Shown here piece after piece: positions 46,616 to 59,559 of a stretch of 64,000 nucleotides of DNA. The position numbers and the translations under genes were made by a program. Source of the stretch: Schmidtea polychroa (lineage: Eukaryota). The notes under the pieces were generated by a model. That model saw only the letters and a list, made by a program, of their open reading frames with translations, was not told the origin of the DNA and ran no database searches. The stretch covers positions 61,566,001 to 61,630,000 of the forward strand of contig CM097887.1 of assembly GCA_044892525.1 (NCBI GenBank), written 5' to 3'. Each line of letters begins with the position of its first letter. Positions within the stretch are counted from its first letter, which is position 1.

Positions 46616-48959
46616 CTTATGATTGTGTTGGGCTAGAACTGACTTCTAGACCCAAATTTCTAATTGTGACCGAAATGTGTAGGTACACAGCATGCAAAAA
46701 GCAAAAAGTATAGTTAAATATTAAAAACTACACCAAATAACCAATAGTAATTAAAGGAAAAAACAACAAAAACCTAAAACACAGAAAATCTAACTCAAAA
46801 ATAACCAAATAAACATAGAGTTACAAAAAACAAACTCGAATAACTTAAAAGATGGTAAAAACAGTAAAAGAGTCCAGAAAAACCCAGAACATTCCATAAA
46901 AATGGCGATGACCATCATAAAAGCTACCTTAAACAATAAAATTTAGGAAAAAATAAATAATTAGTAATAAAAATAAAAAATCTTAAAAAGAAATTCATAG
47001 AACAGCAGTTAAAATGAAAATTGTATTAAAAAATAAAATAGAATGTTCTGGAACCGTTCCAAATCCATCATGGACGTAAAATTAACGAAAAATAATTAAA
47101 AAATAAAAATTTAAAAATAAAAAAAAAATTATGGCACAAAAATCGCCATTAAAAATATCAAAATCACGAAATAGAAAATTCTGGAATAAAAAGAATTCGA
47201 GTTTGTTTTAATGCATCAATACATACACGTGTACAAAATAGGTATATATACCGACGCATTTTGGTCACAATTTAATCTTTTTGTATGCCAAAAAATTTTT
47301 TCTTAGAAACTTCGAGTAATACTGAAAGTAAGGACTATTGATTGATTTTATATCATAACTGTATTTCATTATTATTATGTTCATTATATTGATTAACGTT
47401 TTGTCCTTTTGTTTAATTCTACTATTACAGAACAAGAGTGACCAGCGTCGTCGTAGACGGATTATATCCACGACGCTGATCAGCCTTGTTTCCAATTAAT
47501 AGTCCACACACACACACAATCGGGTCTACGACCCTACATGCACAAAATTTCATTTTTTTTTAACCGGAAGGTCGCCACGAACAAATGGTTTCTAACCAGG
47601 AGTAGGGCGGTAAATCCATCCAGGTAGTTGGCATAGTCGCAGGGACTATGCGGACGAAATAAAATTTGGGCTAGTAATCGCGGGAAACATAATACAATAA
47701 GGCCTATCGTACCGTATTCAGTTGAGTCGGGAAAGTAGGAAAATTTTAATTAATTCGACCTTCCGGTAAACGACATATCTAAAATACACACTCAACTATT
47801 CTATAGGAATACATCATTAAGAAAATCTAAACGGGAAATATCCCAGACTTAAATGATCACGAAAGTTCTCAAGTAGTCGGCTAATTACACAAACTATTCA
47901 AATGTTTAATATTTTTGATATCAAATATTATTAATTTACTCTTATCGATATTACTGGTAATCATATTTAAATCCGAAAGTCTATAATCAAAAAGCCAGAA
48001 TCTAATTTAAATGCGATGGTGTAATTATTCTTGGATAACGATTTTAAACCCATGTGAGCCAAACTTGTGCTTCATATAATTTTAGGTTAATGTGGACATT
48101 ATATTCCAAACCGATATCATTAGAATGTATTTCAGGGAGATATATGCCTATACTAATTATTAACTTGGTACTAGATAAAAGATTTTCTACATATACCTAC
48201 TAGTATCAACATCACCTGACTATTTTAGAGATGTATATATTAGTTGATTAAAAGGAATCTGCCCTACCCAAAGGACGTTCTCTAAACATATACCCGGTAG
48301 CCCATTTTTTGGTTAATAGAGATTTGTTATTAAACCCCACCCTCTAGAATCGTGTTATAAGAATTTATCTATTAACATTTATATGAATGTGACTAATTAT
48401 TATATAATGACTCTCAGATCATTCCATGAAAGTTCTCCTGTTCATCGTCATACCTACTATATACTGGCTAGGTAAATACTTTAAAAATTAAAATATAATC
48501 CTTAATTCATATCTATTCGAATAATTATAAATCATCACTTTAGTTATTCAAAGTGTTTTTATGTTTATTGCCTTACCTAGTAAGCATCGGTTATATAACT
48601 GCTTAGAATTAAAACAGAGTCCTCATTTTGGGGCCATATGAATGCCCTTAAATGCCTAAATTAGTTCAAAGTTTTTGTCATACATATACTAGTTATATAG
48701 ATACTATAAAATAAAATATGATTTTTGGTTCATGTCTATTTGCCTAATTATAGGATAACCCTTAATCAATTCTGTAAAGATTTTGTGTTTACTGTAGTGT
48801 ATATTATATAAATACTTTAGAAATTTTTAAAACTCAACCGTATTTTTCCCATAATTATGATAATGATATGTATATATTTCGATTGTAAAAATCTTCTATA
48901 ACTACCCCTTCGAATCATATAGTCGTCAATTGAATTATTCTAGGACAACAACTCCTACT

Positions 48960-49270
48960 ATCATTCCTATTAACATCATTAGCATTATTATTATTGTTAC
49001 CATTACTATTGCTATAATTATTATTATGGTTATTATCATATCACTACTATTATTATCATTATTATTAATACTATTATTTTTCCCAGCATTATCATTAGCA
49101 TTATCATTATTAATACCATTGCTATTACCATAATTATCATTATGGTTATTATTAATAGTACTGTTATTATTAGTATTATTGTTATTATCATTATTATTAT
49201 CATTACCATTATTATTATTATTATTATTACCCTTAATATTATTATTATTATTAGTAACATGATTATCAAT
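48960..49270. repeat. (ATT)n microsatellite of copy C
   Basis: Imperfect ATT run. Confidence 0.9.
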
Positions 49271-51434
49271 AAAACGTTACTATTAATAGGAAAGTTCAAA
49301 ACCGACAGTATCGATTTTTTCTTTCCCTCATAACAAAGTTGGACCAATAATACCGCTTCTATTATTAGTAACAACCCTGCAAACCAAGGGTTACCCCTAC
49401 GAACTACTCCTAACTGACTGAATAGCACATACTCTCCCCTACACGAGCCAATCGCCATCGACCATGTCAGTAGGAACTCTAATCTTTCGATAAAACCTAT
49501 CTCACCCATGCGAATTTAACCCTTGTTACCCCAGAAGTAGAACGCATGTAAGCCACGGGACCTAGTCCCCGAAAGTGACGGTCTGAATCGGAATACCCAC
49601 CCAGTAGGACCAAAAGTAAGGAGTAATAACAAGTCGTGATTACTAACTATATAGGTTCTCATGGGGAGTTAACAAAATTACTCGATAATTATTAATTTAC
49701 GTCAAACAAAATTACTTAAATAAGAATCAACAAAAGCGAAAATGTATTTAATAAAATCAAAAATTTTGTTTACGAAACCATTCTAATCACAAAAAGAATC
49801 TTACCGGTAACATTAAGGAATGTCTAGAGAGGGGACTACTCAGAACAACCGAGTCCCAATTTTCACTTTAAATTCCTGTGGCACAGATCAGTAAAATCCT
49901 GAAACCACCATAAATCCCCAAAATTTTCACCTAAATGCCCACGAATTGGAAGTATAGCCATACTTTGGATTCCACTAAACAGTAATAACTCCAATACGGT
50001 GAATGATTGAAATCCTAAAAATCGAGGAATTAGAGACCCACTCCTGAAATTATGCAACTACAAAAGATAAAAATTTTAACTTACTATCGAGCACCAGCTG
50101 ATGAAAGGGCCACTTACAACCACTATGGTCAGGGATTCACAAAGAGTTGAATACAAATTCATACAATTTGCAACCTCCGCTTCCCATAGTGGGTCCTAGT
50201 AGCATAAATTTTACCAAAAAAAAAAATTATCCATGGAGGATTCTAAAAAATTGAAAAATAATATTTGAATAAATAGTTAAATTAAAACTTTGAATGATTT
50301 AAACAACCACTATTAAAAGTTTAATATTTGAATTAATATAGATTAGTATAAATAGTTAAATTAAATCTTTGCATGATTTAGACAACTACTATTAAAAGTT
50401 TAATTTATAAAATTTTAAACGCTCACTTCTACTGTATCAACCAGTAGTTCATCAAAACTAAGTTCATGGATTTCCACTTTAAATATACGAACTACAATTC
50501 TGTAACCGAGACTTATAAACTTGGATTTCGTAAGTCTCAAGCCAACTTAAATTAAATTAAAGAAGAAATCGAAAGGGGAAATTAATTAGCATTTTAGGTC
50601 CATTTTCCCTACCTAAGATATCGTGGAGATGCGGGTCGCGTTTATCTTAAATGTAACTGTACATTGAACGTCTTAGAGTAACCGAACGTAAATGGGAGAA
50701 CGAGGATTCGTTTTAACCTCTCTTTTATCATTACAGCCATGCCCAACACTGAGCCAAGGAAAGTACAAGAAGGTCACTCGTCAAATGACTGGAGCCTCGA
50801 CAGTATCGGCGGGGAGGCAGACGAAGCCGTCCGACTGAGGGAGGAAGCAGAAATTGCCAGGCTAAGGTCTAGATGGATCTAGTACAAGATCCATGACTGG
50901 ACCTACCAGAATGTGATCCCAGTGACCCCGAAGGTGGAACCATATATCAACCGCACCTCGTTGGCTTTGCTCGACGCATTCGACGATGCGAAGGAGGCGG
51001 TGGACCGGTTGCACCGGCTCGAGGTAGCAACCCTAGCCGGCGAGCTCGAAGATATCGATGGTTACGCTCGAGCCCAATGGCATCCTGAGCGGACCGCAGC
51101 CCTCCGCCGTGGGCTGTGGTGGGTTACAGGTACTGAAAAATCTTTACCCCCTCATGCTGTTTCCAGCGTAACCCAGAATACAATTTATAGTTGACCACTT
51201 GATACCCGTTGAGCAATCAACGTTGGTACTGTATCAAGGGCTTGGGCACTAGCAAAAAGTGAGCATGCTTAGCATACTATAATTGTCTAGTACCCACTGG
51301 GGTTCACGGACTGCCGATAGAAGGCCTATGTCCGTTTTTCTTTGTCCTTATTCCGAAAATCAACATTATGGCAAATTCGAAATACCCAGATATGAATACA
51401 CCCATAATATTTATTCACAACACAAAATCAAAAC

Positions 51435-51896
51435 TCATAGGGTTATAGTCGGTTCTTTCGGTGCAGACTCCGACGAAGTAGCCTTGAGCGTCGCTTGGGC
51501 CTGACAGGCTTGGCGGATTTTCGCCCGCGCCGCTTTACCCGGCCGGATCTTCTTCTTCGGGATCTTCGACGCTGCGCATTCCTTTCGTTGGTGGAGCAGC
51601 TCATCCATAGGGCGGATCCTGGAGATGACCTCTCGATCAAGGTTTTGTTGGTGCGACTGGACTTCTAGCTCTCTCACCCTCAGGCGGAGGGCCCGCAACT
51701 CAACTTGATCTTGGGCGCTCTGGAGTTGCAACTGGGTGATGAGTTTCATTCGCTTCTTCATATCTGTGGGCGGGAACCAGGTGCCCTCGAAGTTTCGGCA
51801 ATGGGCCTTAAGTCGCGTTAACTTGGCCCTATACTCTTCTACCTGTTGTTGCGCCCTCTCTCTGTCGGCTCTCATTTCTTCCAGGAGTTTTATCAC
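51435..51896 (-). CDS. ORF-A, copy B
   Basis: Homolog of 20971-21429. Confidence 0.7.
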   Translation of the reverse strand: MIKLLEEMRADRERAQQQVEEYRAKLTRLKAHCRNFEGTWFPPTDMKKRMKLITQLQLQSAQDQVELRALRLRVRELEVQSHQQNLDREVISRIRPMDELLHQRKECAASKIPKKKIRPGKAARAKIRQACQAQATLKATSSESAPKEPTITL

Positions 51897-52323
51897 TGAA
51901 ATAAATAAAAATTAGTATCTTTTCACACTTTCGTCAAGTATCCACGTTATATCGCTAACACCATTGTGGCAAAAGTCATAATCTCCCCGTCGCAGCCCGC
52001 ATCCGTGCGCACCTAAACCCCAACTCCGGTCTTATGAGTTTCACTAAGATGTTATGAGGTTGGTGATAATCGTCAACATCTAAAGGAATACCAGTATATA
52101 CGTATACAATAAGGAAATTCGAACAATTAACTTAGTATTAACAAACAAAACATAAAATAACAACATTTTCACATAAGTTAAGAGAAAATCAAATGCAGAA
52201 TTGCAAGACAATCACACTTTACACTGCGATGATAACGAAGTCGAGACATACTAATCATTATAGTGAGTAAGAGTCCACTCGAAGTCGTATCACAAGGCGC
52301 GGATATTTGGCCCGGCGATTATC

Positions 52324-52782
52324 TTAGTTGAATTGGGCGGTTTTCCGCGGACGCCCACGTTTTCTCGCCGGTACCGCTCCCCGTCGAGGAGTTCCTAAGT
52401 ACTCCAGCTCCCGGCGAAGAGCTGCGGTCCGCTTTGGGTGGCACTGGGCTCGGGCGTAGCCGTCGATGTCTTCCAACTCGCCGGCCAGGACTGAGGTTTC
52501 GAGCCGGTCCAGCCGGTCCACCGCCTCCTTCACATTGTCGAAGGCATCACTCAGAGCCAGTGACGTATAATTAATATACGGTTCGATCTTCGGGGTCACT
52601 GGAACCACATTCTGATAGGTCCAATCGTGGATTTTGTACCATATCCACCGGGACCTTAGGCGGGCAACCTCTGCATCTTCCCGTAGTCGTACGGCTTCGT
52701 CTGTTTCCTCGCTTGGTGGTCCGCGGCTTGAATCGGAGGATGAGGGTCCGGCCTGTGCGTTCCATATCATGGTGTTGGGCAT
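52324..52782 (-). CDS. ORF-B (AT-hook), copy B
   Basis: Homolog of 21856-22335, ending RKRGRPRKTAQFN. Confidence 0.7.
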   Translation of the reverse strand: MPNTMIWNAQAGPSSSDSSRGPPSEETDEAVRLREDAEVARLRSRWIWYKIHDWTYQNVVPVTPKIEPYINYTSLALSDAFDNVKEAVDRLDRLETSVLAGELEDIDGYARAQCHPKRTAALRRELEYLGTPRRGAVPARKRGRPRKTAQFN

Positions 52783-54254
52783 ATCTGTAATGATAAAGGG
52801 ACATTAACACGACTCCCTGTCCATCCAACTACGGGGTTAGTCAAAAACGTCTGAATACACTTTCACCACTCACATTTTAGCATAATATACATTTCACCCA
52901 ACAGTTCACCCACTCGACAATAGTCTTACGGATTTGATAATTAATACAATAAAAATGGGTAATTTACATTTTATAAATTATATTTAAAGTTCAATTTTAA
53001 TGAAATAAATTTAAAGTCACCCTTACTGCTTTAGTAAGTAATACCCTAAAATTGGGTAATTTACATTTTTTAAATTAAATTTAAAGTCTGATTTTAATGG
53101 AATAAATTTAAAGTCACCCTTACTGGTTTGGTAATTAATATCATAAAAATGGGTAATTTACGTTTTATAAATTAAAGCTAAAATTATTCATTTTAGAATC
53201 CGTTGTTTAAGTTAATTAAAATTTTAATTTGTTAACTTACTATATAGCCAGTAAATTAAAAAGAAAAACTTGGAACCAGTATGGTCAGTGGAATTTATGC
53301 TGCTCTGACCCACTATGGAAAGCGGATATTGCAAATTGACTGAATTTACATTCAGCTCTTTGTGAATCCCTGACCATAGTGGTTGTAAGTGGCTCATTCA
53401 TCAGCTGATATTCGACGGGTAAGTCAACCTTTCATTTTTTAAATTTGTCTAGTTTTAGAAATGGGTTTTCAAGCCCTCCATTTTGGACATGGCATTTCAG
53501 GCAGTTAACATGTTGGGGTTATTGTCGCTTGGTATTAATCCCAGATATGCCTATATACTCAATTCGTGGGGCATTTAAGTGGGAATTTTGGGAATTTATA
53601 TTTGTTTCGGAAATTTTTCTTTCCTCGATTTATATGCCATGGTAATTTAAAACAACAATTGGACCCCGAGGGTTTCCGAGTAGCCCTCTTCTACTCATTC
53701 CTTGGTATTACTGGTGAGACTCTTTTACTTGCTAGGATGGTTTCGTAAGCAAATATTGTTGATTTCATTAAATATATTTTCACTTTTGTTGCATCTCATT
53801 CAAGTAATTTTTATGTATCGTAAAGTAATTTATCAAGTAATTTGGTTAACTCTTCCGGGAAATATGCATAATTAGCAATCATGAATTATTATTATTCCTA
53901 ACTTTCGATCCTACTGGGCAGGTATTCTAATTCAGGTCGTTGCTCTCGGGGACCCGGTCCCTTGGCATACATGAGATCTACTTCTGGGTAACAGGGTGAA
54001 GTCTGCCAGTGTCCTGGTTTTCATATACAGATTGGAGTTATCACCACTTTAGTTGACGTTGATTGGTCCGTTCTTGAGAGAGTATGTATCACCCATTCGG
54101 TTAGTTAGGAGTAGTTCGTAGGGGTTAACCCTTGGTTTGTAGGGTTGTTACTAATAATAGAAGCGGTATTATTGGTCTAACTTTGAAAAAAAAAATCGAT
54201 ATTGTCGGTTTCGAATTTTCCTATTAATAGTAACATGCCATATATAATCATGTT

Positions 54255-54256
54255 AC

Positions 54257-54291
<35 letters not shown>

Positions 54292-54304
54292 TTAAAGGTA
54301 ATAA

Positions 54305-54336
<32 letters not shown>

Positions 54337-54477
54337 AATTAATAGCATTAGTAATGATAATGATGATGGTAATGATAATCGTAATGATAATAACAATGAT
54401 AATTTTTAATAATAATGATTATAGTAATAGAGATAGTAATACTAGTGATACTTTACCAATAATAATAATGATAATAC

Positions 54478-54514
<37 letters not shown>

Positions 54515-54530
54515 CATAATCGTAACACCA
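54255..54530. repeat. (AAT)n microsatellite of copy B
   Basis: Imperfect AAT run. Confidence 0.9.
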
Positions 54531-57407
54531 AAGACAATACAACAGCAATGTTAATAATGGCGATAACGATAAGGTTAATCCTGATAAAAAGTGTAAGTTT
54601 TATGCAGTGGGTAATAGATGTATAATCCAGGGGGGGGGGTGTTCATGAAATTATTAGTTTACCATTTTAAAGACTAAGTATATATTGAATAGGTTACTTT
54701 CAGATATTAGTATAATAGATAATGAAGGTAGGATTCAGGGGGGGATGTTTATGAATATTTATAAATTAGTGATTCCATATTATATAAGCTAAATATATAT
54801 AAAAATAAGTGAACCTAGGACAATTAGGTAAATATATAATTTAGGGGCTAATTATGTAGATTTATAAATTATCATTTTAACATTTTGTAAGTTGAATATA
54901 TATCAAAATAAATTAGGATATCTAGGTATTGGACGATAGATATATAGTTCAGAGGATCATCTATGAAAATTTATAAACTATCATTTTTATATTTTATAAG
55001 TTAAATATATATACCCAAATAAGTTAGGATCTTTCTATATGAACATTTATAAACTGTCATTTTAATATTTCATAAGTTAAATATATACATCAGAATAAGT
55101 TAGGATATTGATGAATAAATATATAGTTCAAAGAACCATTTATGAAACTAGGTAAGTTATACATATTCCAGTGGGGTTATAACCATGAACTGGTGGTTTG
55201 ACGACTTTGTGACATTGGCAAGAAAGATTACCTTTTCTTTAAGTTTAATATACCGCTATATGCAATTACATACTGATGGTAAGGACACACTCTCTATGAA
55301 GACAACGAGAAAAGGGTGTTGAGGATAATGATAATAATCCTGGAGGTGATAGTACTATTAAGGCAAAATAGAATTCTTAAGGATTTCAATACCCGTAAGG
55401 TAATTATAAAGACTTGTAATTAATACATCATTGAACGTGATTATCTTTAAAATCGAACATAATTATGAATAATATCAATAAAATCTAATAACAATAGTTA
55501 ATATTGAGCATATTGAATAATAGTTTGTGCAATTAGCCGACTACTTGATAACTTTTGTGATAAATTGAGTCTGGGATTTTTCCCGTTTAGCTGTTCCTAA
55601 TGATGTATTTCCTATAGAATATTTGAGTGTGTAATTTAGATGTGTCGTTTACCGGAAGGTCGAATTAATTAAAATTTTCCTACTTTCCCGATTCAACTGA
55701 ATACGGTACGATAGGCCTTATTGTAATATGTTTCCCGCGATTACTTGCCCGCATTTTATTTCGTCCGCATAGTCCCTGCGACTATGCCAACTACCTGGAT
55801 GGATTTACCGCCCTACTCCTGGTTAGAAACCATTTGTTCGTGGCGACCTTCCGGTTAAAAATTTGAAATTTGGTGCATGTGAGGTCGTAGACCCGTATAG
55901 TGCATGTGAAATAATTAGTGGGAGCAAGGCTGATCAGCGTCGTGGATGCCATCCGTTTATGACGACGCTGGTCACTCTTGTTCAGTAATAGAAAAAAAAA
56001 TCAACAAGATAAAAATATAATAAACATAATAATAATGCAATACAAATAAAAATGAAATTAATCAACAGTCCTTACTTTCAGTGTGGTCCAAAATTTCGGA
56101 AAAAAAAATTTTTGGCATACAAGAATATCTGAATTGTGACGAAAATGCGTCGGTATATATACCTATTTTGTACACGTGTATGTATTGATGCATTAAAACA
56201 AACTCGAATTCTTTTTATTCCAGAACTTTCTATTTTGTAATTTTGATATTTTTAATGGCGATTTTTGCGTCATAATTTTTATTTTTATTTTTAAAATTTT
56301 ATTTCCTAAATATTTTTTGCTACTTTTTCCTCCATGATGGATTTGGAACGGTTCCAGAACATTCCATATTACTTTTAATTCAATTTTTATTTTTAACTGA
56401 TATTCTACGAATTTCTTTTTAAGAAATTTTATTTTTAATACTAATTTATTTATTTTCTACATTTTATTGTTTAAGGTAGCTTTTATGATGGTCATCGCCA
56501 TTTTTATGGAATGTTCTGGGTTTTTCGGGAATTTTTTGCTATTTTTACCATCTTTTAAGTTATTCGAGTTTGTTTTTTGTAACTCTGTGTTTATTTGGCT
56601 ATTTTGAGTTAGATTTTGCATATCTTCTTGTTTTTGTATAATTTTATTTAATTTCTGTGTTTTAGGTTTTGTTGTTTTTTTTTTCCTTTAATTACTATTG
56701 GTTATTTGGTGTAGTTTTTAATATTTAACTATACTTTTTGCTTTTTACATGTTGTGTACCTACGCATTTCAGTCACAATTAGAAGTTTGGGTCTAGAAAT
56801 CAGTTCTAGCCCAACAGCTGGAATGGCCGCGAAGTCCCTATCGAGAGCCGGGTCGAGCACGAAAGCGCGGTCGCCCACGAAAGATCAATCTAGTCTAATC
56901 AAAGTGATAACCGGATCAAGAGTCAGCACTGTGCTGTACCGTGCCGTGAACAAATTCACATTGATATATGACCGGTATTCGGTTTAATAAAATTTACGAT
57001 TTGCATGTATTGATTTCGACTTCTAAATGTACATTATTGTTTAACTCGATAAACGTCCTTTGTTACTCATTTATGTCTTGTATACTAATCTAATTGTGAA
57101 CATTTTCTTTATTTGGGTAATTAAAGTTAACTGGCATCCTCATTGATTATGCCCACCTGATGTTATTAGTCTGTTATTACTCGTAATCCAGTTATAGTTT
57201 TTTTTTCACGTAGTTTGACCACTATACATCTAAGGGTTAGTATTCATACCAACACCATGAGTCTTTGACTCCTAGGAGTAGAACGGGGTTTAGAGGCACA
57301 TAAATGCGGGGTTGCGGGGTGAGGATAGTGACTCATTTAGCGATGGTGGCCGTGATAGGGCAAGAATACATCGACAATAATGTAGAAGGAATTGATGTTA
57401 CCTTTGT

Positions 57408-57876
57408 TTTAGTGCTGAAACTCATGGAAGAGATGCGAGCCGATAGAGAGCGGGCGCAACAACAAGCAGAGGAATACCGGGTCAAGCTAGCACGAGTCAA
57501 GGCCCACTGCCGGAATTTCGATTGCACCTGGTTCCCGCCAGCCGAAATGAAAAAGCGGATGAAGTTAATCACTCAACTACAACTCCAGAGTGCACAAGAT
57601 CAGGTTGAGTTGCGGGCCCTCCGTCTGAGAGTGAGGGAGCTGGAGGTCAAGGCACACCAACAGGACCTTGATCGAGAGGTCATAGCCAAGATCCGACCCA
57701 TGAGTGAGCTGCTCCACCAATCGAAGGAAGGCACCCTAACAACAGCAATCCCGAGGAAGAAAATTCGGCCGGGTAAAGCGGCGCGAGCGAGAATAAGGCA
57801 AGCCAGCCAGGCCCAATTAACTCTCCACTCTACTGGATCAGGGGCTACCCCAATAGAATCGACAAGGAAACTATAA
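57408..57876 (+). CDS. ORF-A, copy C
   Basis: Homology to the other copies begins at TTTTAG|TGCTGAAACTC. The upstream part of the predicted 190-aa ORF is not conserved. Confidence 0.7.
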
Positions 57877-58468
57877 GTTGTCCATGTTATCCAAATAAAT
57901 CTTTACTGGTGTATCCATGTCTGTACATTTTGAATTTTTTTGTTGTTTGTTGTTGATTATTGCCGCGGGGACGAAAAGAAATTGGACATAGACCTTCTAT
58001 CGGCAGTCCGTGAACCCCAGTGGGCACTAGACAATTATAGTATGTTAAGCATGCTCACTTTTTGCTAGTGCCCAAACCCTTGATACAGTACCAACGTTGA
58101 TTGCTCAACGGGTATCAAGTGGTCAGCTATAAATTGTATTCTGGGTTACGCTGGAAACAGCATGAGGGGGTAAAGATTTTTCAGTACCTGTAACCCACCA
58201 ATTGTCTTGGGACATTTACGAGTTGAATTAGAATATTAGGATTTTTTCTTAATTTTACTAATCTGAGAATGAATCGAAGATTAAAATTCCAATGAGTCAC
58301 GAAGTCTCGATCCGCGCGCATATTTTCCGTCAACCTAATCACTAAATTTAGGTAATTACACAGACAGCAGAAATTAGTCTTTAATAATTTAGTCTAATTC
58401 GGTTGGATACTATTACATTATAGCAAGAAATCATTAGGGTGTACTAGGATAAATACTGATAATAAATA

Positions 58469-59006
58469 CTCCCTCCGTCCGGAAATATGGTATACATTTG
58501 CGAAAAAATAAAATAAATCAAAAAATGTACATGACAAGTTTATTATATTACCTTTATTTGAAACATTTTAATAAATATTAATGTAAATATTAAATAAAAT
58601 TTAAAAAAATAAATATTAATATTAATAAGTTCACTCGAAATTTGATTTGGCTTTATTGTATGCTTCTTTAGAACATACATATTTTTCTAGCAGTCGACCT
58701 TCGCGACGAAGTTTTCCTTTACTTAAATGATATATTTTGAATCTCTTCTTTCTAAATTTAACAAATTTCCTTCCACATTTTCCATATTCGTCTTGCAGCG
58801 GTACTAATTTTATCTACCTCAAGAAACACTTATGTTTGAGCGGTAAGTTTTTAACTAAGAATGATATTACTTAAGTCAAATATTTTAAGTTATATTGTCA
58901 TGAATATTTACTATGACAATGTCATGACAGTTGCCTATTTATTTTTATATTCACGATAATCTACGATTTTTGTTGAAATGTATACCATATTACCGGACGG
59001 AGGGAG
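58469..59006. mobile_element. Stowaway-type Tc1/mariner MITE (538 bp)
   Basis: 31-bp TIR CTCCCTCCGTCCGG(A/T)AATATGGTATACATTT with one mismatch; TA TSD on both sides. Confidence 0.9.
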
Positions 59007-59559
59007 TAATAAATATTTATTGCTCAATGTAGTTTACAGATTTTCTTTACAAGAATTTTTTTAAATAGAAAATAACATTATCAACGGTCCGCATAAAAAA
59101 GATATATTTGGGTCCGCGATGAGTTTTTGGTTGAGAAGCACTGAAATAGATGACTAACTAAAAACTGTCCTTACACTAATTTAAATTTTTGCAAACATAT
59201 TTTGCACAAAAGGTATTTCCAGAAACCAGTAATCACTTCAAAAATAACTTTAGAGACGCAAAGACAATGTAACTATTTGCCCTGAAACTTAATTTACAAT
59301 AAAAATTTAACAAAAATTTAATTTAAATTAAATTTATGGGCCGCACTGATTACCTCAATTCCCAAAATTGCAAAAACTGGTTGAGGATGACATTATATTT
59401 CATTATAATTAATACTAATATTTCATTGAATTATAATGCAAACATTTATTGTACAAATATCCATCTTTGAATTTAAAATAAATAATTTTTTAATCCAATA
59501 AACATTCAAAATAAATAGATTATCAATAAAATTTGAATTTAAATAAACCTATCCAAGCT

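Larger units (their letters stand above)
51117..56816 (+). mobile_element. TG...CA element copy B (5.70 kb), nested in copy C in opposite orientation
   Basis: Ends TGGTGGG...CCCAACA; 4-bp TSD GCTG at 51113-51116 and 56817-56820. Confidence 0.93.
50739..56898 (+). pseudogene. ORF-B of copy C, split by copy B (50739-51116 + 56821-56898)
   Basis: The joined sequence reads ..TAALRRGL|EWPRSPYREPGRARKRGRPRKINLV*. It also has a TGG>TAG at 50880-50882. Confidence 0.85.
46626..58200 (-). mobile_element. TG...CA element copy C (~5.87 kb), interrupted by copy B
   Basis: Plus-strand ends TGTTGGG...CCCACCA; 4-bp TSD ATTG at 46622-46625 and 58201-58204. Confidence 0.92.

Noticed and set aside
47630-47665. 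GCGGACGAAA resembling a hammerhead stem II/GAAA
   Set aside because: No CUGAUGA core in a suitable position on either strand.
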